A stretch of 36,260 bases of DNA, taken from IMG/VR virus record IMGVR_UViG_3300029207_000009, positions 1 to 36,260 of that record; one strand, given 5' to 3'. Positions 1 to 8,004 of the stretch are shown one piece after another (within the stretch, counting starts at the first letter, position 1; every line of letters starts with the position of its first letter). The DNA is from a virus. The notes below the pieces were generated by a model. That model was not told the origin of the DNA, ran no database searches, and saw only the letters and a program-made list of their open reading frames with translations. The translations under genes were made by a program, and so were the position numbers.

Positions 1-99
1 AATACTCCACCGGATTTGATCTCTCCATCGACAGGTTCTGTTTTCTTGGCTGATGCTACCGGTGCCGCAGATGTGATCCCGAATGCTTTAAGGATTCCT
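1..99. repeat. Terminal overlap copy 1, identical to 36162..36260 (99 nt); circular-closure signature
   Basis: Compared both window ends base by base. The string aatactccaccggatttgat...gaatgctttaaggattcct occurs at 1..99 and again at 36162..36260, so the unique length is 36161 nt. Confidence 0.97.
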
Positions 100-581
100 C
101 TTGCCAGTTCATCAATCTGGCTGTTGAACTTGTTGAGATCTCCCTGGTTTGTAATGAATCCATTTTCCAGAAGTCTGTAGCTGTAACCTTTCGCAGCTGC
201 GCGATTGACGTTGGCAAGATGCGCTCTGCCTACTACCTTATTTGCTCTTCCAGGGAAGAATGAACCGATGAAGTTGGCGAGTGCTGTGTCATACTGATCC
301 GGATTATATCCTTCTTTAATAATTACATGACCACCTTTGGCTGTTGATACTCCACTGTCCATGTGAAGTTCCAGAATCTGATAGCTTTTTGGAATATTCA
401 GCGAGCTGATACCTTTGTCGGCGTACCAGTTCCGGTTTACATCTCCCAGAGTAACATTACTTCCTCCAAGCGCTACGATTCGTCTTGCAAGTGCCCGGAC
501 TCTCTCTGCTTCTGTATAGCCGTATCCTACTGCTCCACTGTCACCGGCTCCGTGTCCGGCTATTAAAAATAAATGTGCCAT
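1..581 (-). CDS. Endolysin, N-terminal catalytic part (N-acetylmuramoyl-L-alanine amidase, Amidase_3 type). The ORF runs off the left edge and continues at 35390..36260 across the circular junction, about 450 aa in total
   Basis: Own translation from ATG 581..579 gives MAHLFLIAGHGAGDSGAVGYGYTEAERVRALARRIVALGGSNVTLGDVNRNWYADKG... It carries an Amidase_3-like GHGxGDxGA motif. SD AAAGGAG lies just upstream. Position 581+36161 is in the same codon phase as ORF 35390..36115. The ORF is absent from the track because it has no stop before the window edge. Confidence 0.88.
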   Translation of the reverse strand, partial: MAHLFLIAGHGAGDSGAVGYGYTEAERVRALARRIVALGGSNVTLGDVNRNWYADKGISSLNIPKSYQILELHMDSGVSTAKGGHVIIKEGYNPDQYDTALANFIGSFFPGRANKVVGRAHLANVNRAAAKGYSYRLLENGFITNQGDLNKFNSQIDELARGILKAFGITSAAPVASAKKTEPVDGEIKSGGV

Positions 582-594
582 AATTGCTCCTTTC

Positions 595-610
595 TGTGCG
601 ACGTCGCACA
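595..610. repeat. Perfect 16-nt palindrome TGTGCGACGTCGCACA, copy 1 of 3, between the holin stop and the endolysin SD
   Basis: Read directly. Near-identical copies lie at 21494..21509 and 33741..33756. Confidence 0.9.
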
Positions 611-635
611 CGCTATATAATATGTTAGAGGACGA

Positions 636-869
636 TTATTCGCCCTCTGCGTTACATTCCGGTAATCCGGCAATGCTGGTTAATAATGACAGGATTCCGG
701 CCAGTACTGATGCTGATACTACCAGCTTTGCGTCTACCTGACCGAGTGCTGTGGCTGTTCCGATCGTTGCTACTGCAGTCTGCGCTACAGTTTTGATTGC
801 TCTGATACCTGCTTTCTTCATCCATTTTTTGGTATCTACCGATACCTTAAATACACAATTTTTAAACAT
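636..869 (-). CDS. Holin (phi LC3 / LL-H-like family)
   Basis: 77 aa. It contains KKAGIRAIKTVAQTAVATIG...VLAGILSLLTSIAGLPE, i.e. hydrophobic helices. It sits directly upstream of the endolysin. Confidence 0.8.
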   Translation of the reverse strand: MFKNCVFKVSVDTKKWMKKAGIRAIKTVAQTAVATIGTATALGQVDAKLVVSASVLAGILSLLTSIAGLPECNAEGE

Positions 870-871
870 AA

Positions 872-1171
872 TTATTCCTCTCTTTCATGTTGTGGTTCTG
901 TCGGTAATTCCATAAGCGCATGATACATTTGCGTACCTACACCATTTCCTTTCAGCGTGTGGTACTGCTTATACTCATCTTCTAATGACTGCTTGACGTA
1001 CAACGGACAATATCCGTGATCATCATGATACTTGTTGTAGAGCCTTATTAAATCCGCTCTGAGCAGTGCACGTATTCCTTTTCGCATAGCAATCACTTGA
1101 TAATATATGTATGCAATGGCTGATACTACAAACGACAGGAGCGCCCAATTTTCTGACAAAAACTTAATCAT
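872..1171 (-). CDS. Small membrane-anchored protein of the lysis cassette, function unknown
   Basis: 99 aa with an N-terminal TM helix (WALLSFVVSAIAYIYYQVIAM). Its stop is 2 nt before the holin ATG. No family recognised. Confidence 0.6.
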   Translation of the reverse strand: MIKFLSENWALLSFVVSAIAYIYYQVIAMRKGIRALLRADLIRLYNKYHDDHGYCPLYVKQSLEDEYKQYHTLKGNGVGTQMYHALMELPTEPQHEREE

Positions 1172-1195
1172 GTGTGTCCTCTCTCTTGTTTCATG

Positions 1196-1222
1196 GTATA
1201 AAAATAAGACCTCTAAGGCCTT
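1196..1222 (-). terminator. Weak candidate rho-independent terminator before the lysis cassette
   Basis: The minus strand reads AAGGCC-loop-GGTCTT, a 6-bp stem including one G-U pair, followed by ATTTTTATACC. Confidence 0.35.
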
Positions 1223-1246
1223 GCTCTAATCTCCATATTATCATCC

Positions 1247-1399
1247 TTATTTTTCTAATGCTGCCTTGATTGCTTCGAGGTCATCGACAGTCAGCGCTGG
1301 ATAATCTGCTGCGATGTCCTCAATGTTTTCTCCATTCTTGATGCGGATTCTAAATGCTCTTACCATGATTTTCATTTTCAATGTGTTTAAAGTTTTCAT
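1247..1399 (-). CDS. Small hypothetical protein (50 aa) in the XkdX-like position after the tail fibre genes
   Basis: Own translation: MKTLNTLKMKIMVRAFRIRIKNGENIEDIAADYPALTVDDLEAIKAALEK. SD GGAGG lies 6 nt upstream. It is below the ORF-track size cut-off. Confidence 0.6.
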   Translation of the reverse strand: MKTLNTLKMKIMVRAFRIRIKNGENIEDIAADYPALTVDDLEAIKAALEK

Positions 1400-1438
1400 A
1401 ATTACCCTCCTATAATATCTGCCATCATCAATATAATA

Positions 1439-1582
1439 TCATTTGATGCGGACTTTAATTCGTCTGTTGTTGTTTCTAGGTTGCTGATTCTTTCCTCTGG
1501 CGTTGGTTCCGGCTCTGAGTCCGGAGTGATCTCCGGCCGTACTTAATTTCTGGCCGGATACACTAAATTGTAATGTGCGCAT
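1439..1582 (-). CDS. Small ORF (47 aa) with a strong SD. A more protein-like reading continues in the +1 frame to 1404 (see finding)
   Basis: ATG 1582..1580 is preceded by GAGGAGG. Frame 0 gives MRTLQFSVSGQKLSTAGDHSGLRAGTNARGKNQQPRNNNRRIKVRIK. The +1 frame reads ...PEITPDSEPEPTPEERISNLETTTDELKSASNDIILMMADIIGG but has no start codon. Confidence 0.4.
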   Translation of the reverse strand: MRTLQFSVSGQKLSTAGDHSGLRAGTNARGKNQQPRNNNRRIKVRIK

Positions 1583-1584
1583 AT

Positions 1585-2301
1585 CTATACCTCCTCGAAA
1601 TACTGTCCGACCAGAGCATCTGGTGCGAAGTACAAGATAATGCTGTCTCCATCTGCCATGCCCTGCCGGTTCATCAGATATGTCTTTCCGACATAGGAAT
1701 AATATTTTCCTCTGGTATACTCCATACCGGCCGTGGCTACTGTGTCGGGAACCGGAATCGGGTTGTCTTTAGTCCCTGTATTACTGTCGGATGCGATTGC
1801 CGCCCAGAGACTCGGAGCTACTCCCGGCGCCCAGTCAGACTGGCTTGTGTGAGCCTGCACACATTTGTACAGCACACCGTCTTTCTGCGCCTTATAATCC
1901 TTGCTGTAAGCCACGCTGTCTCCCGACCATTCCGGGTAGATGGCCTGCACACCAAGTGCCTGCGAATCTGTAAGGTTCTGTGCCTGTATCTGCGCAACGG
2001 CGACCATAGCGCTCTGTATTTCCTTTTGGACTTCCGGAATGGATTCTTTCTTGCGCATGGCCACACCTAGAATGCCGCCTGTGTATTCGGTGATGCTGTA
2101 AAGATTTTCGTAGCCATCGTAAGTCGCTAACACGGATTCACGTTCTTTCACGACTATTTTTCTTGTAACAAGAGGATCCCGGAACTTCTTTTTCAGTTCG
2201 CTTGCTGTTGTAGATATTGTTTTTATCAGAAGCGAACCATCTGCTTGGATATCCGCCGACTGAATGATCATCTCCGAAGCATCGTTACATACTATCTTCA
2301 T
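1585..2301 (-). CDS. Tail-associated protein with a CBM5/12 (chitin-binding type 3-like) carbohydrate-binding motif
   Basis: 238 aa. The motif YSKDYKAQKDGVLYKCVQAHTSQSDWAPGVAPSLWAAI matches the Y..G..V.Y.G..Y.C.Q.HTS...W.P...ALW signature of CBM5/12. It lies at the distal end of the tail module. Confidence 0.75.
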   Translation of the reverse strand: MKIVCNDASEMIIQSADIQADGSLLIKTISTTASELKKKFRDPLVTRKIVVKERESVLATYDGYENLYSITEYTGGILGVAMRKKESIPEVQKEIQSAMVAVAQIQAQNLTDSQALGVQAIYPEWSGDSVAYSKDYKAQKDGVLYKCVQAHTSQSDWAPGVAPSLWAAIASDSNTGTKDNPIPVPDTVATAGMEYTRGKYYSYVGKTYLMNRQGMADGDSIILYFAPDALVGQYFEEV

Positions 2302-2316
2302 TTTTTTGCCCTCCTC

Positions 2317-3213
2317 TTAGTTCCCGTAGTTATACCCAACTACCCTGTATACCCTGTGGTGTGGTGTACTAGACGTACTCCATGCTACACCCGCAGCCGT
2401 GCTACCGAAGTTAATCTGCCGGGATGTTTCTGGCTTGCAGGTTTTTCCGGATACGTTCAGCACCGTACTCATCAACTGCATTTTTGTGCTATCATCCGCA
2501 GACAAGCGGAATGACGTCATGTCGAACAGCATTGCCCCGGATAGTACTGTCTGGCTTGTTGGAAGCTTAATGCTCTTTTGCGGTGCCTTATGTCCGGCCA
2601 CGTCTGAGTTATAGAAGATTTCTATATAATCATAATTTTTTACACTATCTGACAGCGTAAACGTTCCGGTAGTGCCATCTGTGTTGTAGTACAGGAGCTT
2701 GTGTGTTATTCTTCTCGTTCCTAGCTCCTTACTTGTAGGTGCTACGGTAAGCATCTTTTCCACCTGTGTTACATTAATACCATCCAACGTTATTTTTAAG
2801 AGAGGGCAATCATCAATGAGATCTCCGTTTTGCAGGTTTCCTTCCGTGTACTCCGGAACTACCGGATTACTCTCTGCCGGAGATCCCATTATCACAACCC
2901 ATTCATTTTTTTCCGTATTATCTCCCGAATTTCTCGTATACCGATTAACCACAAGGTCTACTCTTTTCATTCCTTGCGTGCCATTTTCCAGTTCTACCTC
3001 GTCGTAAGTTCCGATCTTGACAGAAGACACATTGCCGTGATGATACATCATTCCGCTTCTGATTTTAAGCGAGTTATTAGACACGAGCTCTGGCTCCAGA
3101 TTTTCCCCAGATGCCAAGATACAGCTATCGCTTCCTATAACTCCCTCAAGAATCTGTCGGAACTGCTGGCTTGTCACATGCGCTTTTCCTGTTCTTCCAC
3201 TAACTATTTCCAT
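2317..3213 (-). CDS. Tail fibre / receptor-binding protein candidate
   Basis: Start moved to MEIVSGRTGKAHV (ATG 3213, SD GGAGAG). The call rests on position after the Tal-like gene. No catalytic motif recognised. Confidence 0.6.
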   Translation of the reverse strand: MEIVSGRTGKAHVTSQQFRQILEGVIGSDSCILASGENLEPELVSNNSLKIRSGMMYHHGNVSSVKIGTYDEVELENGTQGMKRVDLVVNRYTRNSGDNTEKNEWVVIMGSPAESNPVVPEYTEGNLQNGDLIDDCPLLKITLDGINVTQVEKMLTVAPTSKELGTRRITHKLLYYNTDGTTGTFTLSDSVKNYDYIEIFYNSDVAGHKAPQKSIKLPTSQTVLSGAMLFDMTSFRLSADDSTKMQLMSTVLNVSGKTCKPETSRQINFGSTAAGVAWSTSSTPHHRVYRVVGYNYGN

Positions 3214-4201
3214 TGTCGCTCTCTCCTTCCAATTCGTATTCTTTCGACACAATCCCGGATGTGACGCTGTAGATTATATTCTCCACAGGTTTCGTTCCGT
3301 ACATGCCTGTCAGATAGTCTCTGCCACCAACGATGTCTCCGATGCCCACATTAATCCCAAGTTTCTCGACATCCATACCGAACGTCTTTTTACTGCACAC
3401 TTCTTGCAATTTTTTTCTACTTTGGTTTTCCAACTCGTCGGTTTCTGTGGAGGTATTCTCATACACTTCCACTATCTCATCAAGTCCTTTATAGTACTGT
3501 GTCTTTTTAATCGCTCCGCTTGGCCATACGTACAGATGGAACACGTTTCTGTCCTGCATTTCTCCCTTGCCAGTTACGATAAGATGGTTCACACCATCTC
3601 TCTTATCCTCCATCGTATAATTAAGGCCAGAATCTTTCGATAACTCTATTACGTCGGAATAATCTACGATTGGCACAGCGCTAACCAAGACATATCCAGA
3701 AACACCTTGCTCTCTCTTGTGCCGTATGTCCATCCTGTATCCAACAGTTTGTAGCATTTTTGTAATTCCATCCAGTAGCGTGCAGTACCGGTCGAACTGG
3801 TAGTTGCTCACGGACACCCCAGTGTCTGCGCTGGACACCACATACAGACCACCAAATTCTGGTTCGATTAGCTTTTTCAGCACTGTATTAAGCTCTCCGG
3901 ATACGGTCTTGTAGTTACTTCCAGATGGAGGGCTAATAACCTTCGTGTTCATGCGCCCCCGCCATGTATAACCTTTTAATTCTACGTAATCTAGGGTAGT
4001 ATCTGTTAACACAGATCCTATAATTCCGCCATACTCTGTATCTGGTACATATACCAGATTTCCATAGGTCATATCTTCTGTCCAGTTGCACCTAGCGATT
4101 TTAATCGAGAACTCCCGTTCCTTGTTGGCATCGAACGTACAATTCGCATCTAACAGCGGGTTCGTCCCTATCTCTTTTTTTCTCGTGGCTAGAATTACCA
4201 T
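3200..4201 (-). CDS. Tal-like baseplate protein (phage minor structural protein, N-terminal domain type)
   Basis: Start at MVILATRKKEIGTNPLL (ATG 4201, SD AGGAGG). Its position immediately after Dit is typical of the siphovirus TMP-Dit-Tal order. Confidence 0.7.
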   Translation of the reverse strand: MVILATRKKEIGTNPLLDANCTFDANKEREFSIKIARCNWTEDMTYGNLVYVPDTEYGGIIGSVLTDTTLDYVELKGYTWRGRMNTKVISPPSGSNYKTVSGELNTVLKKLIEPEFGGLYVVSSADTGVSVSNYQFDRYCTLLDGITKMLQTVGYRMDIRHKREQGVSGYVLVSAVPIVDYSDVIELSKDSGLNYTMEDKRDGVNHLIVTGKGEMQDRNVFHLYVWPSGAIKKTQYYKGLDEIVEVYENTSTETDELENQSRKKLQEVCSKKTFGMDVEKLGINVGIGDIVGGRDYLTGMYGTKPVENIIYSVTSGIVSKEYELEGESDNGNS

Positions 4202-4980
4202 GCTGCCTCCTTCCTCTTCAGAAATACATACAGATCTATTCCGAAGTCTCCGGTCCAATTTACTGATATCAATCCGGATGGAATTTTCTCAAATACGGAG
4301 TAATCGTACCCTCGAACATCAAAGAGATTCATCGTCGTCCCATTAGACAGATATTTCACTATCGTCTGTTCCGATGTATTAAGTATCAGATATTCATTAC
4401 TTTCCAACGTAGTAAGGACCTCGTAAGGATAACCATTAATCAACACTTTTGGATTAACGCATGGTCCATAAATTATCATTTCAAAATCCGATGGAATAAT
4501 ATGATCAATTTCAAATTCTGCCGATCCTCTTTTCTCATTCATAAAATCAAATGAAAAGTCGGTTGGAAAATCCAATCCGCTCTCTGTGACCGGTTCTATT
4601 TGTGGACAAAATCTTTTGCTTAAAGCAGTAATCCAAGATAACTCCGGTGCAAGAAAAGTCAGTTCAACTTCCGTATATACATACCCTTTCCATCCGGTCT
4701 TCTTTGTTTTGTAGATCTGACATGGCAGAAACGTATCATTCACGTATAGCCGTCCATAATTTCCTGTTTCCGAATCCACTGAAATGACTTTATACAATCT
4801 TTCCATATTCTGGATAAACTCACTTCTCTTTCCAAAAACATCTATTGTTATTGTCTTCTCATACCCGCCGTCTTTCTCTTCCCACGTACTGTCAAACCAG
4901 TCTGCCTCAACAGTACGAAAAGGTGCCTTGGTAAGCCAAAGCACCTCCCCTCTGCTATTTTTGTAATATGCTTTTACCAT
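4195..4980 (-). CDS. Distal tail protein (Dit, Sipho_tail-like)
   Basis: 261 aa. It follows the tape measure with a 7-nt overlap. Size and position are typical of Dit. Confidence 0.75.
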   Translation of the reverse strand: MVKAYYKNSRGEVLWLTKAPFRTVEADWFDSTWEEKDGGYEKTITIDVFGKRSEFIQNMERLYKVISVDSETGNYGRLYVNDTFLPCQIYKTKKTGWKGYVYTEVELTFLAPELSWITALSKRFCPQIEPVTESGLDFPTDFSFDFMNEKRGSAEFEIDHIIPSDFEMIIYGPCVNPKVLINGYPYEVLTTLESNEYLILNTSEQTIVKYLSNGTTMNLFDVRGYDYSVFEKIPSGLISVNWTGDFGIDLYVFLKRKEAAW

Positions 4981-7829
4981 ACCGGTACTGCTCCTTTCGG
5001 TAACGGTTCATCAATTCTCTTTGTTCCAAGATAAATCGGGCGCTTAGATAATTTATCTGCTGCTTTCATCTGGATTCTTTCTAATCGGTCGTAATCAATA
5101 TCTTTACCTCCGTCAAATCCCGGATAGCTTTTCACTCTTCCAACCGTCTTATCTGCAGTTCTCGCCGATAATGCAAGATCTACGGATCTCTGTAATCCAG
5201 ATACTGCTCTCTGTACTCCTACATTCATGGACTTGATTGGAATATTCTTTTCGAATCCGATTCCCATACCAAGAGCCATCATCTTACCTACCTGGTCGCG
5301 GAATACTCGAGATGGTGAATGAATTCCCAGTGCGCTCTTAGCTGCGTCCAATGCGCTTTTAGCTGCACTCTTGGCTGCTTTTACAATAACTCCTCCAGCA
5401 TTTGCCAATCCACTTGCAATACCCTTTACGATATTCATTCCAACACTGCCCCAGTTCACACTGGTAAATGCATTCCTGATCTGGCTTACCATACTTGGGA
5501 TCTTTCCGATCAGGGCCGGTATTCCTCTCACCAGACCAACAGCAAGCTTACTTACGATCTGTACTCCGGCAGTCAGGATTTTAGGAAGATTTGTTATAAT
5601 TGTCGATGCAAGCTTTCCTATGATAATCGGTGCTTTGGCTGCCACTATCGGAATCGAATTGGCAATTCCGCTTGCAAGACCTTTCATTAACTTAAGGCCA
5701 GACTGTATCAGCTTTGGCAAGTTGCCCGCTAAAGAGCTTACCAGCGTCATAATCATCCGCACTGCACAAGGAATTAACTGCGGTAGTTGTGCCCCTAAGC
5801 TTCCCGCTAATGTAGATATGATACTCACTCCGGCAGTGACTAATGCCGGCAGATTCACCGTAATTGCATTTAGGATTCCCATGATCAGCGTTGCGCCCTG
5901 AGCAACCAATTCTGGTAATGCTGCAGTAATGCCATTAGCAAAGTTCGTGATTACTTCCGGTCCTTTGGTCTGTGCGAGTAATAGCAACTGATCAATCTGT
6001 GTACCAAACTGACTGTAGATCAATCCCATACCAGCAACAATGATTGCCGCTCCTGCGCCGATGTTAATCAGCTTAAAGAATGTCGGTGCAAATGTAGCTG
6101 CTTTAGCCAGGATTGGTTTGAAAGCATTTCCGATAATACTGCCGTATCCAGAAATTTTCGTTCCGACATTGCCAAGTCCCTGCATCACTGCAGAACCGAT
6201 GTTCTTAAACGGCGCTGTAAATTTTCCAATCGCTCCGGATATAGGTGACGCCAATTTTGATAATTGATTTTTAATGCCTGCGCCATAATATCCTACCCGG
6301 TACGATACCTTCCCAAAAGCGCTACTTATTCTATCTCCCACGCCTTCAAAAGGAATTGCTAATGCATTGCCAAGGGCCTTGAACATTCCTCCAGCATTGT
6401 TTAATGACGAAGATGCACTCTTCACCGTTCCAGGTATTTTCCCTATCTTTCCGACAGTCCCATCAATAATTCCATTGAATCCGCCAACTGCAGTTTTTAC
6501 AGTGCCAACAGCCTTTCCAAGCCCTAACAGTCCCGGAGCTATTCCAGTCAGAACAAGCGCTGTTTTTCCAAAGTCTTTCAGTTCTGCAGATGACATCCCT
6601 TTTGTCTTTTCTGCCAATCCAGAGATCGCATCTGTAAATCCCTGAATCATCGGAATCTTCTGGCCGATCTCATCCACAAATCCGACAAAACCGCCTGAAT
6701 TATATGCATCATTCAAATCAGAGATTACAGACACTGCAACTGCCGCAACTTCTTTCAATGGCTTTTCCAAAGATTCGTAGATGGATATTCCAAGTCCTTC
6801 CAATCCAGATTTTAAGATTGTAAGCTGACCTGCAAGGTTATCCTGCATGGTCGCCGCCATTTCAGCCGCCGCGCCATCTGCATTATCAATTGCAGATGAT
6901 AACTTATCGAAATCGCTCTCAGAGGCATTAACAATAGCTAACAATCCGGACATGGCTTCCTGACCGCCAATAGCTGCAGCTGCTGCCGACTGTTCGTCTT
7001 CTGGAAGTTCTTGTAAAGAATCACGCATATTCTCCATCACTTCCATCAGTGACTTCATGGATCCATCGGAATTTTTCAGTGAAATTCCATACTGATCCAT
7101 TGCCTCAGCAGCTTCTTTCGGAGGCTTTGCCAGTCTCGTCAGGATACTTCTGAGTGTCGTTCCAGCTTGCCCGCCTTTAATTCCTGAATTAGCCATCAAT
7201 CCAATCGCCATAGAAAGATCTTCGATGTTGTATCCCAATGCTCCAGCCAAAGGCGCTGCGTATTTGAATGTCTCACCCATCATGGAGACATTTGTATTAG
7301 CATTGGAAGATGCCGCTGCCAATACATCAGCAAAATGTCCAGAGTCAGACGCTTGCAATCCCATCGCAGTCAACGCATCCGTTACAATATCAGATGTCGT
7401 TGCCAGATCTTCTCCGGATGCTGCTGCCAGATTCATGATACCCTCAATACCATTGAGCATATCACTGGTCTTCCAGCCAGCCATTGCCATGTATTCCATA
7501 GCCTGTGCTGATTCTGTAGCAGAGAACTTTGTCTTGGCTCCCATTTCCTTGGCTTTATCCGTTAATTTCTGGAAATCTTCTCCAGTGGCTCCTGATATTG
7601 CAGAGACTTTAGACATCTCTGCCTCAAATGCAGCTCCAACTTTTACCGCTGCCGCAATACCAGTTCCTGCAGCTGCTCCCAGTGCGGTAACTGCACGTGT
7701 CGCAACCTTTAAGCCGGATTTTCCAAGCTTCCCAAGCTTGCTTATACCGTCATTAAATCCTTTTTCATTTATCTTGGTATCAAAATTTAAATAGCCGTCT
7801 GCCAATACTATCATCCTTTCTGATAGCAC
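4974..7829 (-). CDS. Tail tape measure protein (TP901-family core)
   Basis: 951 aa, Ala/Gly-rich and helical. The core ...AKEMGAKTKFSATESAQAMEYMAMAGWKTSDMLNGIEGIMNLAAASGEDL... is typical of TMPs. The start is either GTG 7829 or ATG 7814. Confidence 0.93.
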   Translation of the reverse strand: MLSERMIVLADGYLNFDTKINEKGFNDGISKLGKLGKSGLKVATRAVTALGAAAGTGIAAAVKVGAAFEAEMSKVSAISGATGEDFQKLTDKAKEMGAKTKFSATESAQAMEYMAMAGWKTSDMLNGIEGIMNLAAASGEDLATTSDIVTDALTAMGLQASDSGHFADVLAAASSNANTNVSMMGETFKYAAPLAGALGYNIEDLSMAIGLMANSGIKGGQAGTTLRSILTRLAKPPKEAAEAMDQYGISLKNSDGSMKSLMEVMENMRDSLQELPEDEQSAAAAAIGGQEAMSGLLAIVNASESDFDKLSSAIDNADGAAAEMAATMQDNLAGQLTILKSGLEGLGISIYESLEKPLKEVAAVAVSVISDLNDAYNSGGFVGFVDEIGQKIPMIQGFTDAISGLAEKTKGMSSAELKDFGKTALVLTGIAPGLLGLGKAVGTVKTAVGGFNGIIDGTVGKIGKIPGTVKSASSSLNNAGGMFKALGNALAIPFEGVGDRISSAFGKVSYRVGYYGAGIKNQLSKLASPISGAIGKFTAPFKNIGSAVMQGLGNVGTKISGYGSIIGNAFKPILAKAATFAPTFFKLINIGAGAAIIVAGMGLIYSQFGTQIDQLLLLAQTKGPEVITNFANGITAALPELVAQGATLIMGILNAITVNLPALVTAGVSIISTLAGSLGAQLPQLIPCAVRMIMTLVSSLAGNLPKLIQSGLKLMKGLASGIANSIPIVAAKAPIIIGKLASTIITNLPKILTAGVQIVSKLAVGLVRGIPALIGKIPSMVSQIRNAFTSVNWGSVGMNIVKGIASGLANAGGVIVKAAKSAAKSALDAAKSALGIHSPSRVFRDQVGKMMALGMGIGFEKNIPIKSMNVGVQRAVSGLQRSVDLALSARTADKTVGRVKSYPGFDGGKDIDYDRLERIQMKAADKLSKRPIYLGTKRIDEPLPKGAVPVW

Positions 7830-7851
7830 GGCTCAACGGCTCACATGTGCT

Positions 7852-8004
7852 TTATATCTTTATTTTTATTTCTCTCTTACACTCCCGACAGTTAATATAC
7901 ACACCATCACATTTGGCGGTATCATCATATATCAATAATTTCTTGCCGCAATAAGGACACCGGAACCATTTTCTTTCTGTCGGGATTTTAATTACATGTT
8001 TCAT
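7852..8004 (-). CDS. Zinc-ribbon mini-protein (50 aa, Cys-rich KTR-like)
   Basis: Own translation: MKHVIKIPTERKWFRCPYCGKKLLIYDDTAKCDGVYINCRECKREIKIKI. It has a CxxC...CxxC pattern. Its ATG overlaps the TGA of the upstream gene (ATGA). Confidence 0.6.
   Translation of the reverse strand: MKHVIKIPTERKWFRCPYCGKKLLIYDDTAKCDGVYINCRECKREIKIKI

Noticed and set aside
1573-2514. Plus-strand ORFs 1573..2070, 1791..1973 and 2245..2514, and minus-strand alternative frame 1818..2066
   Set aside because: They overlap the CBM5/12 tail protein gene, whose frame carries a recognisable domain. The alternative frames are Arg/Cys/Leu-rich with no start context.
1585-3213. Diversity-generating retroelement targeting the tail fibre genes
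   Set aside because: No reverse transcriptase gene exists anywhere in the genome, and I saw no template/variable repeat pair.
5319-7794. Several long plus-strand ORFs (5319..5690, 5371..5901, 6040..6267, 6367..6645, 7225..7794) opposite the tape measure gene
   Set aside because: They are antisense to a well-supported 951-aa TMP. The Ala/Gly-rich sense codons naturally leave the antisense frames open. There is no SD, and the translated composition is Pro/Ala/Ile-rich and low-complexity.
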